Under the pieces are notes generated by a model that was not told the DNA's origin, searched no databases, and was given only the letters and a program-made list of their open reading frames with translations. From the IMG/VR virus record IMGVR_UViG_3300010370_000027: DNA of 64,000 bases. One strand, given 5' to 3'. The position numbers and the translations under genes are program-made. This document shows positions 55,154-64,000 of this stretch, in pieces; the first letter of the stretch is position 1, and each line of letters begins with the position of its first letter. The DNA is from a virus.

Positions 55154-56295
55154 AATCATATCCACTCTTTAAAGTTCATGTCGATGTAGAGAATGCAATC
55201 TCTTCAATAAGAGAAGTTCTTGAGTCTGGTTATATCAACGAAGGAATACAAGTCAAAAACTTCGAAGAAGCTCTAGGCAAAATTTTCGGAACAAACGTAG
55301 CATTGTTAAATAGCTGCACAAGTGCGATTACACTTTCTCTTAAGCTGTGCGGTGTTTCACACGGCGATGATGTAGTAACGACCCCCATGACTTGTGTTGC
55401 AACAAATACACCTGTTGTAACATCAGGTGCAAATATAGTTTGGACAGACATAGATCCCGAAACAGGCATGCCAGGCCCAGACCAGATCCTTAGCGCGATA
55501 ACAGAAAAAACTAAGGCTGTCATTTACGTTGCGTGGGCAGGAAATCTAGGAAGAATCGAAGAAGTATATGAAGTCTGCAAGAGCAAAGGAATACCTTTGA
55601 TCTTAGATGCAGCTCATTCTTTTAACGCAAAATATAAAGGCGTAGATCCTTCGCTGAATGTCGCAGACTATGTTTGCTATAGCTTGCAAGCTATAAAGCA
55701 CGTCACGACCGGCGACGGTGGAATACTAACTTCAAGGCACGCTGATTCTTTTGCAAGAGCAAAATCACTTAAGTGGTTTGGTTTAGATAGGGACTCTAGC
55801 AAAGATGCAAAAGGAGACTGGAAAGGTCAGCAGTGGGACGTTGACATAATAGAAGCAGGTTACAAATTTAACATGAACAATTTGACGGCTGCTGTAGGAA
55901 TCTCTCAATTGCCTCACGTTGCTAACATAATTGAGACACACAAGAGAAATTCTGCCTTGTATGATTCTCTCTTTTCAGGAACTTCTATTACGCCACTAGT
56001 TAGATCGAAGGATGAGGACACGGCAAGATGGGTCTATACCGTTAGAACACCTTTAAAGGAAAGTGATAAACTAAGCCTTATAGAAAAACTCAATTCATTC
56101 GGTATCAAGGCGGGTCTTGTGCATGTACCCAATGATGATTATACGTGCTTCTCAAAATTTAAAAAAGATCTACCGGGCGTAAGAGAATTTTCAAACACTC
56201 AATTTTCTTTGCCCTGCGGATGGTGGTTGTCAGAAGAAGACATAAAGGAAATATCCAGAATTGTTATTGATTCTTTGGGAGATTACCTGAAATGA
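55150..56295 (+). CDS. DegT/DnrJ/EryC1/StrS PLP-dependent sugar aminotransferase
   Basis: NSCTSA, DAAHS, SLQAIKHVTTGDGG (PLP Lys), GYKFNM, SLP. Confidence 0.92.
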   Translation: MKSYPLFKVHVDVENAISSIREVLESGYINEGIQVKNFEEALGKIFGTNVALLNSCTSAITLSLKLCGVSHGDDVVTTPMTCVATNTPVVTSGANIVWTDIDPETGMPGPDQILSAITEKTKAVIYVAWAGNLGRIEEVYEVCKSKGIPLILDAAHSFNAKYKGVDPSLNVADYVCYSLQAIKHVTTGDGGILTSRHADSFARAKSLKWFGLDRDSSKDAKGDWKGQQWDVDIIEAGYKFNMNNLTAAVGISQLPHVANIIETHKRNSALYDSLFSGTSITPLVRSKDEDTARWVYTVRTPLKESDKLSLIEKLNSFGIKAGLVHVPNDDYTCFSKFKKDLPGVREFSNTQFSLPCGWWLSEEDIKEISRIVIDSLGDYLK

Positions 56296-57095
56296 TAATA
56301 AACGTACATGCTACTGTCAGTAGTTTTTCAGTTCCCTTCTATGAATACATGAGGGAAAACTATTTGAATATGGCGACAAAGCATGCAATTTCTTTCTATT
56401 GCTATTGTCTTGACAACGAAAGCTATAATTCAGTATCAAATACTTCAACTCCCGTAAGAGTTCCTGACGGAAGTGGAACTACTGGTCATTGCAATGCTGT
56501 TAGAGTGGCATTGGGTAATTTTGAAAAAACAGACCCAGATTCAATCGATATTATTGCCGATACTGATACTGCAATGCTAGTAAAAGGCTGGGATGAGACA
56601 ACAGTCGATATCTTGAAAAATGTCGGAGTTTTTGGAAGCTCTTACGAAAGAATAGGCGGAAGATGCTCTGGTTCTGGTACTGTACAGACATATAAAGACA
56701 AACCTTCATTTACATGGTTTGCTGCTTCGAAAAAATACAGTTTTTCTAGCATGGATGTAACTCCTGCAAAAGGAAACAATTTACAGATTTCAAATTCAGA
56801 GCTTTCAGAGCTTTACAACCTACCGGTTGGATATGAATTGCTAAGGGATACTGGCTGGCAGATACCCTCTTACTTAAATGATAATCAGATACCTTACAAG
56901 ATACTAGTTCAAGAAAAGCCAACAGACAATGCAAAGGTTTTAAGAACTGGTGACAACTACCACGAGGAGTATCAGCTTGACGGTGTTCCTTTTTTGGCTC
57001 ATCAAAGAGGATCTCTTTCTAAAGCATATAGACAGCACGAGCTATCTAAAAAGTTCTATAACTGCTTAGACGAGTACTTTAAAAATCTTGTGTAA
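56292..57095 (+). CDS. Putative glycosyltransferase-like protein
   Basis: IADTD (DxD) and RDTG motifs plus island context. Confidence 0.5.
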   Translation: MIINVHATVSSFSVPFYEYMRENYLNMATKHAISFYCYCLDNESYNSVSNTSTPVRVPDGSGTTGHCNAVRVALGNFEKTDPDSIDIIADTDTAMLVKGWDETTVDILKNVGVFGSSYERIGGRCSGSGTVQTYKDKPSFTWFAASKKYSFSSMDVTPAKGNNLQISNSELSELYNLPVGYELLRDTGWQIPSYLNDNQIPYKILVQEKPTDNAKVLRTGDNYHEEYQLDGVPFLAHQRGSLSKAYRQHELSKKFYNCLDEYFKNLV

Positions 57096-57100
57096 GATAA

Positions 57101-57604
57101 GTGGTGATGAAAAACCAAAAATTGTCGCTAAGGGACGTAATTGACGAAGATCATCAGTGGCTAGTCGATCTTCACAATGATCCGTTAGTTCTGAGAAATT
57201 TAACACATCCCAATCCGATAGATCTCAACCAGCACATGTCTTGGTGGAGCAAAATACAGAAAGACGCTTCTCAAAAAAGGCAAATATTCTTGGTTGATGA
57301 TCAAAGAGTAGGATTTGTAAAGTTCTACAGCATTGATCAAACAAACAAGAATTGTGTTCTCGGCGCAGACATACACAAAGACTTTCGAGGTATGGGATAT
57401 GCAAAAGGAATGTGGTCCCTAATGTTAGATCTTTGTAAGAGCTGGGGGTTGCATAGAGTAAGCTTAACAACAGCAGAGTACAATCTCGTAGGACAAAAAG
57501 TCTATAGAGGGCTTGGATTTATAGAGGAAGGAAAGATGGTTTCCTCCTTGTATAGAGACGGCAAATTTTTTGATCAAATTTGTATGTATAAAATTTTGAC
57601 ATGA
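57101..57604 (+). CDS. GNAT N-acetyltransferase (PseH/RimJ-like)
   Basis: H..W, VGFV, FRGMGYAK, N..G..VY..LGF..EG. Lies downstream of the dehydratase and aminotransferase. Confidence 0.85.
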   Translation: MVMKNQKLSLRDVIDEDHQWLVDLHNDPLVLRNLTHPNPIDLNQHMSWWSKIQKDASQKRQIFLVDDQRVGFVKFYSIDQTNKNCVLGADIHKDFRGMGYAKGMWSLMLDLCKSWGLHRVSLTTAEYNLVGQKVYRGLGFIEEGKMVSSLYRDGKFFDQICMYKILT

Positions 57605-58344
57605 ATTATCCACGCGTATTTTTTGGAACGATGCACAGCAATGAGTCTGAATTTGATCAATGCAAACTTATGGTATCATTGCAAAAAGACTTGCAAAGCC
57701 ATCATCACCAGATAATCGAAGGATTGCAAGAGAAAGAAGCTCACAATGCGCTTTGGGCTTCCTGGGAATCTCAGAAAGAAAACTTTGACTTATTCGTAAA
57801 GATAGACGCAGATACTGTGCTAATGGACGAATATTCAATATCGCGAGTCTGGAAACTTTTTGAAGAAAACAAAAGAGTCACAGGTGTACAAATTCGTCTA
57901 CACGACTATTTCACAGATAGCTTGATATCAGGTCTTAATTTCTTTTCACCTGTTGTGAAATTCAATACTAGCCCTGACCTCTATTGTGATAGAGTAGATA
58001 CAAATCATGATGTCGTTCTAAAAGGAGACTGCGTTAAGCACCTAGAGCCAATAGGGTACCATTGCAAAAATCCATCTCTTGCGCAATCTTTTCATTATGG
58101 TCTTCACAGGATGCTGAAGAATCAAGTAGAAACCATGCGAAAGGTGTCAAAAGCTAAAAGAGAAGAGCAAAGAAAATTTGCTCTTTTAGGAGCATCTTTT
58201 GCCTTAAACAGTAAAAGCAAGTTTTTGTCTGGTGACAATAGTTCCTACAGCAACAGTGTGTTCATAGAGTCTTATGAAGAAGCACTGAATCTTTCGCCTG
58301 GTGATCAAGATATTCTTATAGCAAATTTAGAGAAGTCCTTATGA
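57601..58344 (+). CDS. Putative GT-A glycosyltransferase
   Basis: FVKIDADTVL DxD motif plus island context. Confidence 0.55.
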   Translation: MNYPRVFFGTMHSNESEFDQCKLMVSLQKDLQSHHHQIIEGLQEKEAHNALWASWESQKENFDLFVKIDADTVLMDEYSISRVWKLFEENKRVTGVQIRLHDYFTDSLISGLNFFSPVVKFNTSPDLYCDRVDTNHDVVLKGDCVKHLEPIGYHCKNPSLAQSFHYGLHRMLKNQVETMRKVSKAKREEQRKFALLGASFALNSKSKFLSGDNSSYSNSVFIESYEEALNLSPGDQDILIANLEKSL

Positions 58345-59252
58345 AGATTAACGTATTAGTCGATTCTATCGAATACGTCACGGGTAATTGTTATCAGCAT
58401 CAAGTCATAAATACGTTAGCATCTAACTTTGAAGTTAGACTAATCACGATGCCTGAGATTCTATCAGGGTACACTGTCGACAAATCACCTGTTATTTCTT
58501 GTTTAAAGCTAAGAACACTGGACAGAAGCCTAGAGCATCTCAAGAGATGCCTTAATGAGAATCCCGTTATAGTTTATGAACAAGATCCGTGGGAATCATT
58601 TAAAGACGATTCACCTTACAAAGGCTCTTATCATAGAATTGCAAAGTCTCTAAATGTAAAAACATTTTTAAACACATCCAGCTGGTGGTCTTCTCATGTT
58701 AGATCAAATAACTTACCGTCTAGGTTTGTTAGAATGGGTGTTCTTTCTAGCTATTGTGAACACACGGCCTGGCAGAAGAAAGACATTGAAGTAGGATTTT
58801 GCGGACAAATTCATCCCTATAGAAAGAAATTTTTCGATCATCTTTCTAACAATGGAATTAATGTAAAAATTCTACCAACCTCTGGTTATTCAGGATACTT
58901 GAAGACGCTTTCAAGGATAAAAATTTTTGCTCATTGTGAAAAGGTCGACTGGGTAGTTGAGGGAGAAAAAATACCTGCCAACGCAATGTGGATAAAAGAC
59001 ATCGAAGCGTGTGCAAGAGGATGCATTAGCATAAGAGACTACGAACCAGAATACAATGCTTACGGTTCTGCTGAAGACATACCAGCAAAAATTGGATTTC
59101 AAGATTTTGATCATTCCGTAAAGACAATAAAAAGACTTCTAGAAGAAAGAAGTGACACAGTTGACACTGTCACCTATAGATCTGTAGAATACATTAGAGA
59201 AAATTTTAACTGGCTGGATATTGTTACAGCAATAAGAGAGAGCTATGTATGA
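58341..59252 (+). CDS. GT-B (CgeB-like) glycosyltransferase
   Basis: KDIEVGFCG...YR, KDIEACARGC. Confidence 0.6.
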   Translation: MKINVLVDSIEYVTGNCYQHQVINTLASNFEVRLITMPEILSGYTVDKSPVISCLKLRTLDRSLEHLKRCLNENPVIVYEQDPWESFKDDSPYKGSYHRIAKSLNVKTFLNTSSWWSSHVRSNNLPSRFVRMGVLSSYCEHTAWQKKDIEVGFCGQIHPYRKKFFDHLSNNGINVKILPTSGYSGYLKTLSRIKIFAHCEKVDWVVEGEKIPANAMWIKDIEACARGCISIRDYEPEYNAYGSAEDIPAKIGFQDFDHSVKTIKRLLEERSDTVDTVTYRSVEYIRENFNWLDIVTAIRESYV

Positions 59253-60348
59253 CTATGTGATAGTAGGATCCGGATTAACGGGCGCAACATTTGCGCATCT
59301 AGCAAAAGAGTCAGGCAAGTCCTGTCTAGTAATAGACAAGAGAGACCACATCGGTGGAAACTGTTATACCCAGAAAATTGAAGGAATAAACGTTCACGTT
59401 TACGGACCTCATATTTTTCACACATCGGATAAAAAAGTCTGGCAATTCATCAACAGATTTTCCGAATTCAATCATTATGTTAACAGACCAAAGGCAGTGT
59501 CTGGTGGTAGAATATTTTCTTTTCCTATAAACATGATGACTCTTTATCAGCTTTGGGGAGTTGAAACCCCAGACCAGGCAAAGAAGAAACTAAATGAAGT
59601 CACTGAAGAATATGTTAGGAAGTACCCAAATCCAAGAAATATGGAAGAGTGGGCACTCACGCAAGTGGGAAAAGACATCTATGAGATGTTCGTGCATGGA
59701 TATACGACTAAGCAATGGAAAAGAGAGCCTAGTTCCCTTCCTGCAAGCATACTCAAGAGACTTCCCATCAGATTAACATGGGATGACAATTATTTCGAAG
59801 ACTGCTATCAAGGAATTCCCAAGGATGGTTACACGAAGATTTTCGAAAACATGCTGGACGGGATTGAGGTCAAGCTCAGCGTAGACTTTTTCAAAGAAAA
59901 GTCTTCTCTAGAGAAGCTTGGAAAAAAGATTCTCTATACGGGTTGTGTCGACAGGCTGTATGACTACAAGTTTGGTCCTCTTGAATACAGAACTCTAAAG
60001 TTTGAAACAAGAATCGAAGATGTAGATGATTTCCAAGGAAATGCAATATTCAACTACTGCGATCTATCTGTTCCCTGGACTAGAAGAATAGAGCACAAAC
60101 ACTTTGAGTTCGCTAGCGGTAAAAAGTCTGTTATCACAACAGAAACACCTGCAGAGTGGACCAACGATTCAGTCCCTTATTACCCTATAAACGACAGTAA
60201 CAATAATTCTGTATATGAAAAGTATGAATCTCTATCTAAGAAAGATTCAAAATACATCGTTGCAGGTAGACTTGGTAGATACAAGTATTATGATATGCAT
60301 CAGGCGCTGGCCGCCGCGATAAAACTCTTTAACGATCAAACAAAGTGA
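59245..60348 (+). CDS. glf: UDP-galactopyranose mutase
   Basis: IVGSGLTG, HIGGNCY, YGPHIFHT, GYTTKQW, YQGIP..GY, RIEHKHF, PYYP, GRLGRYKYYDM. Confidence 0.95.
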   Translation: MYDYVIVGSGLTGATFAHLAKESGKSCLVIDKRDHIGGNCYTQKIEGINVHVYGPHIFHTSDKKVWQFINRFSEFNHYVNRPKAVSGGRIFSFPINMMTLYQLWGVETPDQAKKKLNEVTEEYVRKYPNPRNMEEWALTQVGKDIYEMFVHGYTTKQWKREPSSLPASILKRLPIRLTWDDNYFEDCYQGIPKDGYTKIFENMLDGIEVKLSVDFFKEKSSLEKLGKKILYTGCVDRLYDYKFGPLEYRTLKFETRIEDVDDFQGNAIFNYCDLSVPWTRRIEHKHFEFASGKKSVITTETPAEWTNDSVPYYPINDSNNNSVYEKYESLSKKDSKYIVAGRLGRYKYYDMHQALAAAIKLFNDQTK

Positions 60349-61265
60349 ACATGAAAAAGTCAATAGCAGTCATTGGGCAAGGTTTTGTGGGGGGATCACT
60401 CACAACAGTCTTTTCAGAGCATGGGTTTAGTGTCTTTACGTACGACAAAGCGGGTAAGACTGCCGTGGGGGCAAATGACTACAGACCAAGCTCTACTAAG
60501 AGTCTTGTTGAATTTGCTGAATCTGTTGAGGGTTTCTCAGGAGTATACTTTGTCTGTCTTCCAACACCCATGTTCGAAGATGGTTCTGCAGACCTGAGCA
60601 TCGTAGAAAGTGTTCTGGAAGAACTCTCTCAGATTCCAGGTGAAAGAATCGCAGTAGTCAAATCAACAGTACCGCCAGGCTCAACAGAGAGATGGAACGA
60701 GAAATACAGCGAGAAGGGACTGCACATCGTTTTCAACCCAGAGTTTTTAACTGAGGCAAACGCGCTTGATGACATGAGAAACCAGAACAGAATTGTTTTA
60801 GGTGGCCCTCGCCCATGGATTAACGCTGTAAAGCAGGTATTTCAGACGGCATTTCCAAAAGTTCCAATCATAAAAACGTCTTCTACCACTGCTGAGATGG
60901 TAAAGTATCTGACCAATAATTTTCTTACAGTTAAGGTTGCATTTGCTAACGAGATTGCTCAGATATGTGAAGCTCTCGATAAGTCAGGACTTAACGTAGA
61001 CTATGATAAAGTCGTGGAATATGCAAAGTATGACAAGCGCCTAGGAGAAAGTCACTGGAACGTACCGGGTCCCGATGGATCAAGAGGCTACGGAGGACAC
61101 TGCTTTCCAAAAGACGTAAATGCAATGATAGACGTTGCAAAGAAGAACAATGTCGATCCTAAAGTTTTGAAAGCAGCATGGGAGAAAAATCTAGAAGTAA
61201 GATCTCCTGAACAAAGAGACTGGGAGAAGATGTCGGGAAGAGCTGTCAGTCGAAAGAACACTTGA
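60345..61265 (+). CDS. UDP-glucose/GDP-mannose dehydrogenase family protein, lacking the C-terminal domain
   Basis: IGQGFVG, CLPTP, KSTVPPG, NPEFL, AEMVKY..N, GYGGHCFPKD (catalytic Cys). Only 306 aa. Confidence 0.88.
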   Translation: MNMKKSIAVIGQGFVGGSLTTVFSEHGFSVFTYDKAGKTAVGANDYRPSSTKSLVEFAESVEGFSGVYFVCLPTPMFEDGSADLSIVESVLEELSQIPGERIAVVKSTVPPGSTERWNEKYSEKGLHIVFNPEFLTEANALDDMRNQNRIVLGGPRPWINAVKQVFQTAFPKVPIIKTSSTTAEMVKYLTNNFLTVKVAFANEIAQICEALDKSGLNVDYDKVVEYAKYDKRLGESHWNVPGPDGSRGYGGHCFPKDVNAMIDVAKKNNVDPKVLKAAWEKNLEVRSPEQRDWEKMSGRAVSRKNT

Positions 61266-61291
61266 ACTATGTGAATCTGACATGTTAGTAT
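61262..61291 (+). promoter_or_regulatory. Sigma70-like promoter TTGAAC-18-TAGTAT
   Basis: Same architecture as at 3600 and 20658. Confidence 0.55.
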
Positions 61292-61300
61292 CACATTAAC

Positions 61301-62116
61301 ATGTCAGACACAACAGGTTTTCAATCACTTCCTACAGGGAAGCCTCATGTTTCATTCTCAGAGGTAAAAACGTGGAAGGATTGTTCGTATAGACACCACC
61401 TATACCACGTAAAAAAAGTAGATCTATCAAAGCCTTCGCCCGTTCTTGTGTTTGGAACTTCGGTTCATGCTTCATGTGAGAAGTATCTGCTTACACGCGA
61501 GATGGATGTAAAACTGTGTCACGACTCGCTAGAACAGGCTTGGAAGAAGCACGAAGGGCAAGAAGAATTCTCAGAAAAAGCCTTAAGGATTGCAAAGGCA
61601 GAGTCTGAAGTAATTCTCTCAGAGGTGCCTGCATTCTTAGACAAGGAATTCCCTGAGTGGACCGTGGTGGATGCAGAACACGCGCTATATGAGTCAGTTG
61701 AAGGTCATCCACACGCCTTTAAAGGCTTTATTGACGGTGTAATCAAGTGCAAAGGTAAGCGAGGAGAAGATTTGTACTGGATTATTGACTGGAAGACGTC
61801 GGCTAATGGCTGGCGTAGAGAAAAGCGGTCTGATGAGATGATTAAGGCTCAGCTTGCTCTTTACAAGAACTATTGGCATCAGAAGAATCCTCAAGTTCCT
61901 CTCAAAGACATTAGATGTGCCTTCGCAATTCTTAAGAAATCTGCAAAAGCAGGACAGCATTGTGAGCTTTTTTCAGTGTCTCTCGGGGAAGTTCCGATTA
62001 AGAAGTCTCTTAAGGTTGTAAGCAACATGATTACTTCTGTTAAGCGTGGAATTGCTCTTAAGAATCGTGATTCTTGTACTTACTGTGAGTATAAAGGCAC
62101 AGAGCACTGCACTTAA
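61301..62116 (+). CDS. Cas4/RecB-like PD-(D/E)XK exonuclease with probable Fe-S cysteines
   Basis: SFS....WKDC, GTSVH, GFID, IIDWKT, QLALY and terminal CTYCEYKGTEHC. Confidence 0.88.
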   Translation: MSDTTGFQSLPTGKPHVSFSEVKTWKDCSYRHHLYHVKKVDLSKPSPVLVFGTSVHASCEKYLLTREMDVKLCHDSLEQAWKKHEGQEEFSEKALRIAKAESEVILSEVPAFLDKEFPEWTVVDAEHALYESVEGHPHAFKGFIDGVIKCKGKRGEDLYWIIDWKTSANGWRREKRSDEMIKAQLALYKNYWHQKNPQVPLKDIRCAFAILKKSAKAGQHCELFSVSLGEVPIKKSLKVVSNMITSVKRGIALKNRDSCTYCEYKGTEHCT

Positions 62117-62161
62117 CTAAACTTTTGTTACAACTTTTTATTTTTGCGTAATATAGGGACA

Positions 62162-63415
62162 ATGCAGAATCAAAAGAAGACTATTTTATTTTTGTCTGAT
62201 CATCCCCTGTCGACTTCAGGTGTAGGAACTCAGGCAAGATGGCTAATAAGTGGTTTAATCAATACGGGTAAGTACAGCTTTAAGTGTTTTGGAGGCGCTA
62301 TTAGGCACGACAACTACGAAACTGTAGTTGTCAATCCAGATTTTGTCATTAAGCCCACTAATGGCTTTGGTGATAAGGCACTTTTGAGAAAGACTCTTGC
62401 ACAAGTTCGACCAGATGCTGTTTTTCTCTTCACTGATCCAAGGTTTTTCATCTGGACATGGGAGATGTCAGATGAAATACACCAAATATGTCCCATAGTC
62501 TATTGGCATCTTTGGGATAATCCGCCTTGGCCTGCATTCAATAGTCCTCTTTATGAGTCGACTGATCTCATAAACTGCATTAATTACCCGACCTATGAGA
62601 TGGTGAAGGAACGGTTCCCGGAAAAGACGAATTACATACCGCATGCAGTACCGGAAGACCTGTTTTGTCCCCTTCCGAAGGAAGAATCTCAGAAATTTAA
62701 GATTGCGCTTCTCGGGAAAGACAGATCCGACCATTTCACGTGCCTCTATGTCTCGAGGAATGCAAGACGCAAGATGATAAGCGACATTCTTGTCTCTTGG
62801 AAGGATTTCGTAGAAGAGCTTCAGGCAAAGCATGGTCACAAAAAAGCAACACTGGTGTTGCATACTGACCCTATGGATCAAGAAGGAACTAACTTACATC
62901 AAGTCATAGATCTCCTCAACCTTAGGGAGAACATAGTCTTTTCTAAGGATAGAATAGGATTTAATGAGATGCGGTCTCTTTACAATATGTGTGACACAAT
63001 TGTAAATAGAAGCTGTAATGAAGGATTTGGTCTTCCTACCCTTGAGATGATGATGTGTGGAAAGCCAATCATAGCACTGAAGACTGGTGGTCTAACACGC
63101 CAAGTAGAAGACCCAGTAACAGGTGAGCAATTTGGCGTAGGAATGGACCCAGAGGTTAGGACCATGGTTGGAAATCACATGGTTCCTTACATCTATGAAG
63201 ATTTTGTCTCTCACAAGACTGTAACAAATGCATTTATGAAAATGTATGAGATGGGTCCTGAAGCTAGAGAAGAGCTGGGTAAAAAAGCTATGGAAAGAGC
63301 CAAGAAAGAATATAACCTGAAAGACGTAGTATCAGACTGGGATAGAACTTTAACAGACACAATTGAAAAGTGGAATGCTAAGATCGATACTAAGTGGAAG
63401 GTGTCTGAGATATGA
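62162..63415 (+). CDS. GT4 glycosyltransferase
   Basis: SGVG, IPHAV, RNARRK, NEGFGLPTLEMMMCGKPII. TGTTAC-17-TAATAT lies 7 nt before ATG 62162. Confidence 0.9.
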   Translation: MQNQKKTILFLSDHPLSTSGVGTQARWLISGLINTGKYSFKCFGGAIRHDNYETVVVNPDFVIKPTNGFGDKALLRKTLAQVRPDAVFLFTDPRFFIWTWEMSDEIHQICPIVYWHLWDNPPWPAFNSPLYESTDLINCINYPTYEMVKERFPEKTNYIPHAVPEDLFCPLPKEESQKFKIALLGKDRSDHFTCLYVSRNARRKMISDILVSWKDFVEELQAKHGHKKATLVLHTDPMDQEGTNLHQVIDLLNLRENIVFSKDRIGFNEMRSLYNMCDTIVNRSCNEGFGLPTLEMMMCGKPIIALKTGGLTRQVEDPVTGEQFGVGMDPEVRTMVGNHMVPYIYEDFVSHKTVTNAFMKMYEMGPEAREELGKKAMERAKKEYNLKDVVSDWDRTLTDTIEKWNAKIDTKWKVSEI

Positions 63416-64000
63416 ATCTTTTCGATTTAACAGGTGGTTTAAAAAAGAAGAAAATTCTAATCAGGGGACCCGTCTTAACACAGTCAGGCTATGGCGTTCA
63501 CGCTCGTCAAATAGCAAAGTGGCTCCTTGATAGAGACGATCTGGACGTCGATGTGCAGGCTTTGCCTTGGGGAGATACCCCGTGGTTAATTGATAGAAAT
63601 CTATATGACGGTTTTATTGGAAGAATTATGGAAAAAACCACAGATCCTTCTGGTAGACACTATGATGCAACTATTCAAATACAACTGCCCAATGAATGGG
63701 ACACGAGTTTCTCCAAAGTCAACATAGGAGTTACGGCGTCTGTAGAGACAGACAAGTGCAATCCAGAATGGATTGCGGATTGCAACAGAATGAGTCTAGT
63801 CATAGTTCCTTCACAGCACTCGAAGAGCAGCCTGACATCGACGGGAAATGTAACAACACCAATAAAAGTAGTGCCAGAATCTTACACTGAGGCAATAACA
63901 AAAAATGTAAAGACCAAAGTAGATGATCTTGAATTTTCTACTAATTTCAATTTTTTGATCTTTGGACAAATAACGGGAAACAACCCGGAGAATGAAAGAA
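63412..64000 (+). CDS. GT4-like glycosyltransferase, N-terminal part (runs off the window)
   Basis: Not in the ORF track. Manual translation gives MNLFDLTGG..ILIRGPVLTQSGYGVHARQIA..QLPNEW..NIGVTA.VETD..VIVPS.HSK. ATGA overlap with the previous gene. Confidence 0.8.
   Translation, partial: MNLFDLTGGLKKKKILIRGPVLTQSGYGVHARQIAKWLLDRDDLDVDVQALPWGDTPWLIDRNLYDGFIGRIMEKTTDPSGRHYDATIQIQLPNEWDTSFSKVNIGVTASVETDKCNPEWIADCNRMSLVIVPSQHSKSSLTSTGNVTTPIKVVPESYTEAITKNVKTKVDDLEFSTNFNFLIFGQITGNNPENER

Noticed and set aside
61301-62116. CRISPR-Cas system
   Set aside because: Only a solo Cas4-like gene. No array or other cas genes were seen.
1-64000. Stop-codon reassignment
   Set aside because: Conserved genes are full-length in the standard code, and TAA, TAG and TGA all end genes at tight junctions.
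44760-64000. Bacterial O-antigen/capsule locus or host contamination
   Set aside because: It carries the phage promoter motifs, contains a phage-type nuclease and lacks wzx/wzy/wzz. A chimera cannot be fully excluded without reads.

Overview
A 64-kb segment of a large tailed dsDNA phage with a T4-like head module, in standard genetic code. No CRISPR array, rRNA, intein or integrase was seen. (1) 1-6 kb accessory region: a partial virion protein, a freestanding homing-type endonuclease, a complete tmRNA (tag ANDNGYAALALAA), a pyrimidine-dimer glycosylase-like protein, a J-domain protein and a kinase-like protein. (2) 6-17 kb head module: major capsid, scaffold, prohead protease, portal and terminase. 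(3) 17.5-22.7 kb: Mre11-Rad50 fusion, primase, RuvC-like resolvase and gp4-like nuclease. (4) 22.7-37.4 kb: putative baseplate/tail genes. (5) 37.4-44.7 kb: PIN-PhoH, a stand-alone sigma region 4 protein, an Hc1-like protein, a DinG helicase, ClpP and a degenerate GroEL. (6) 44.7-64 kb: a ~19-kb glycosylation island with about 12 glycosyltransferase-like genes plus nucleotide-sugar enzymes. The best candidate for an undescribed system is a shared N-terminal leader (K-[IL]-[TN]-x3-L-[RK]-x-[IL]-[IV]-[RKE]-E) on unrelated late proteins, with a variant on the kinase, suggesting capsid targeting of injected cargo. Also notable are late-promoter-linked glycosylation genes (possible virion glycan coat) and a phage proteostasis set (tmRNA, ClpP, J-domain, GroEL lacking the ATP-binding motif). 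All calls come from reading motifs by eye; no database searches were run.
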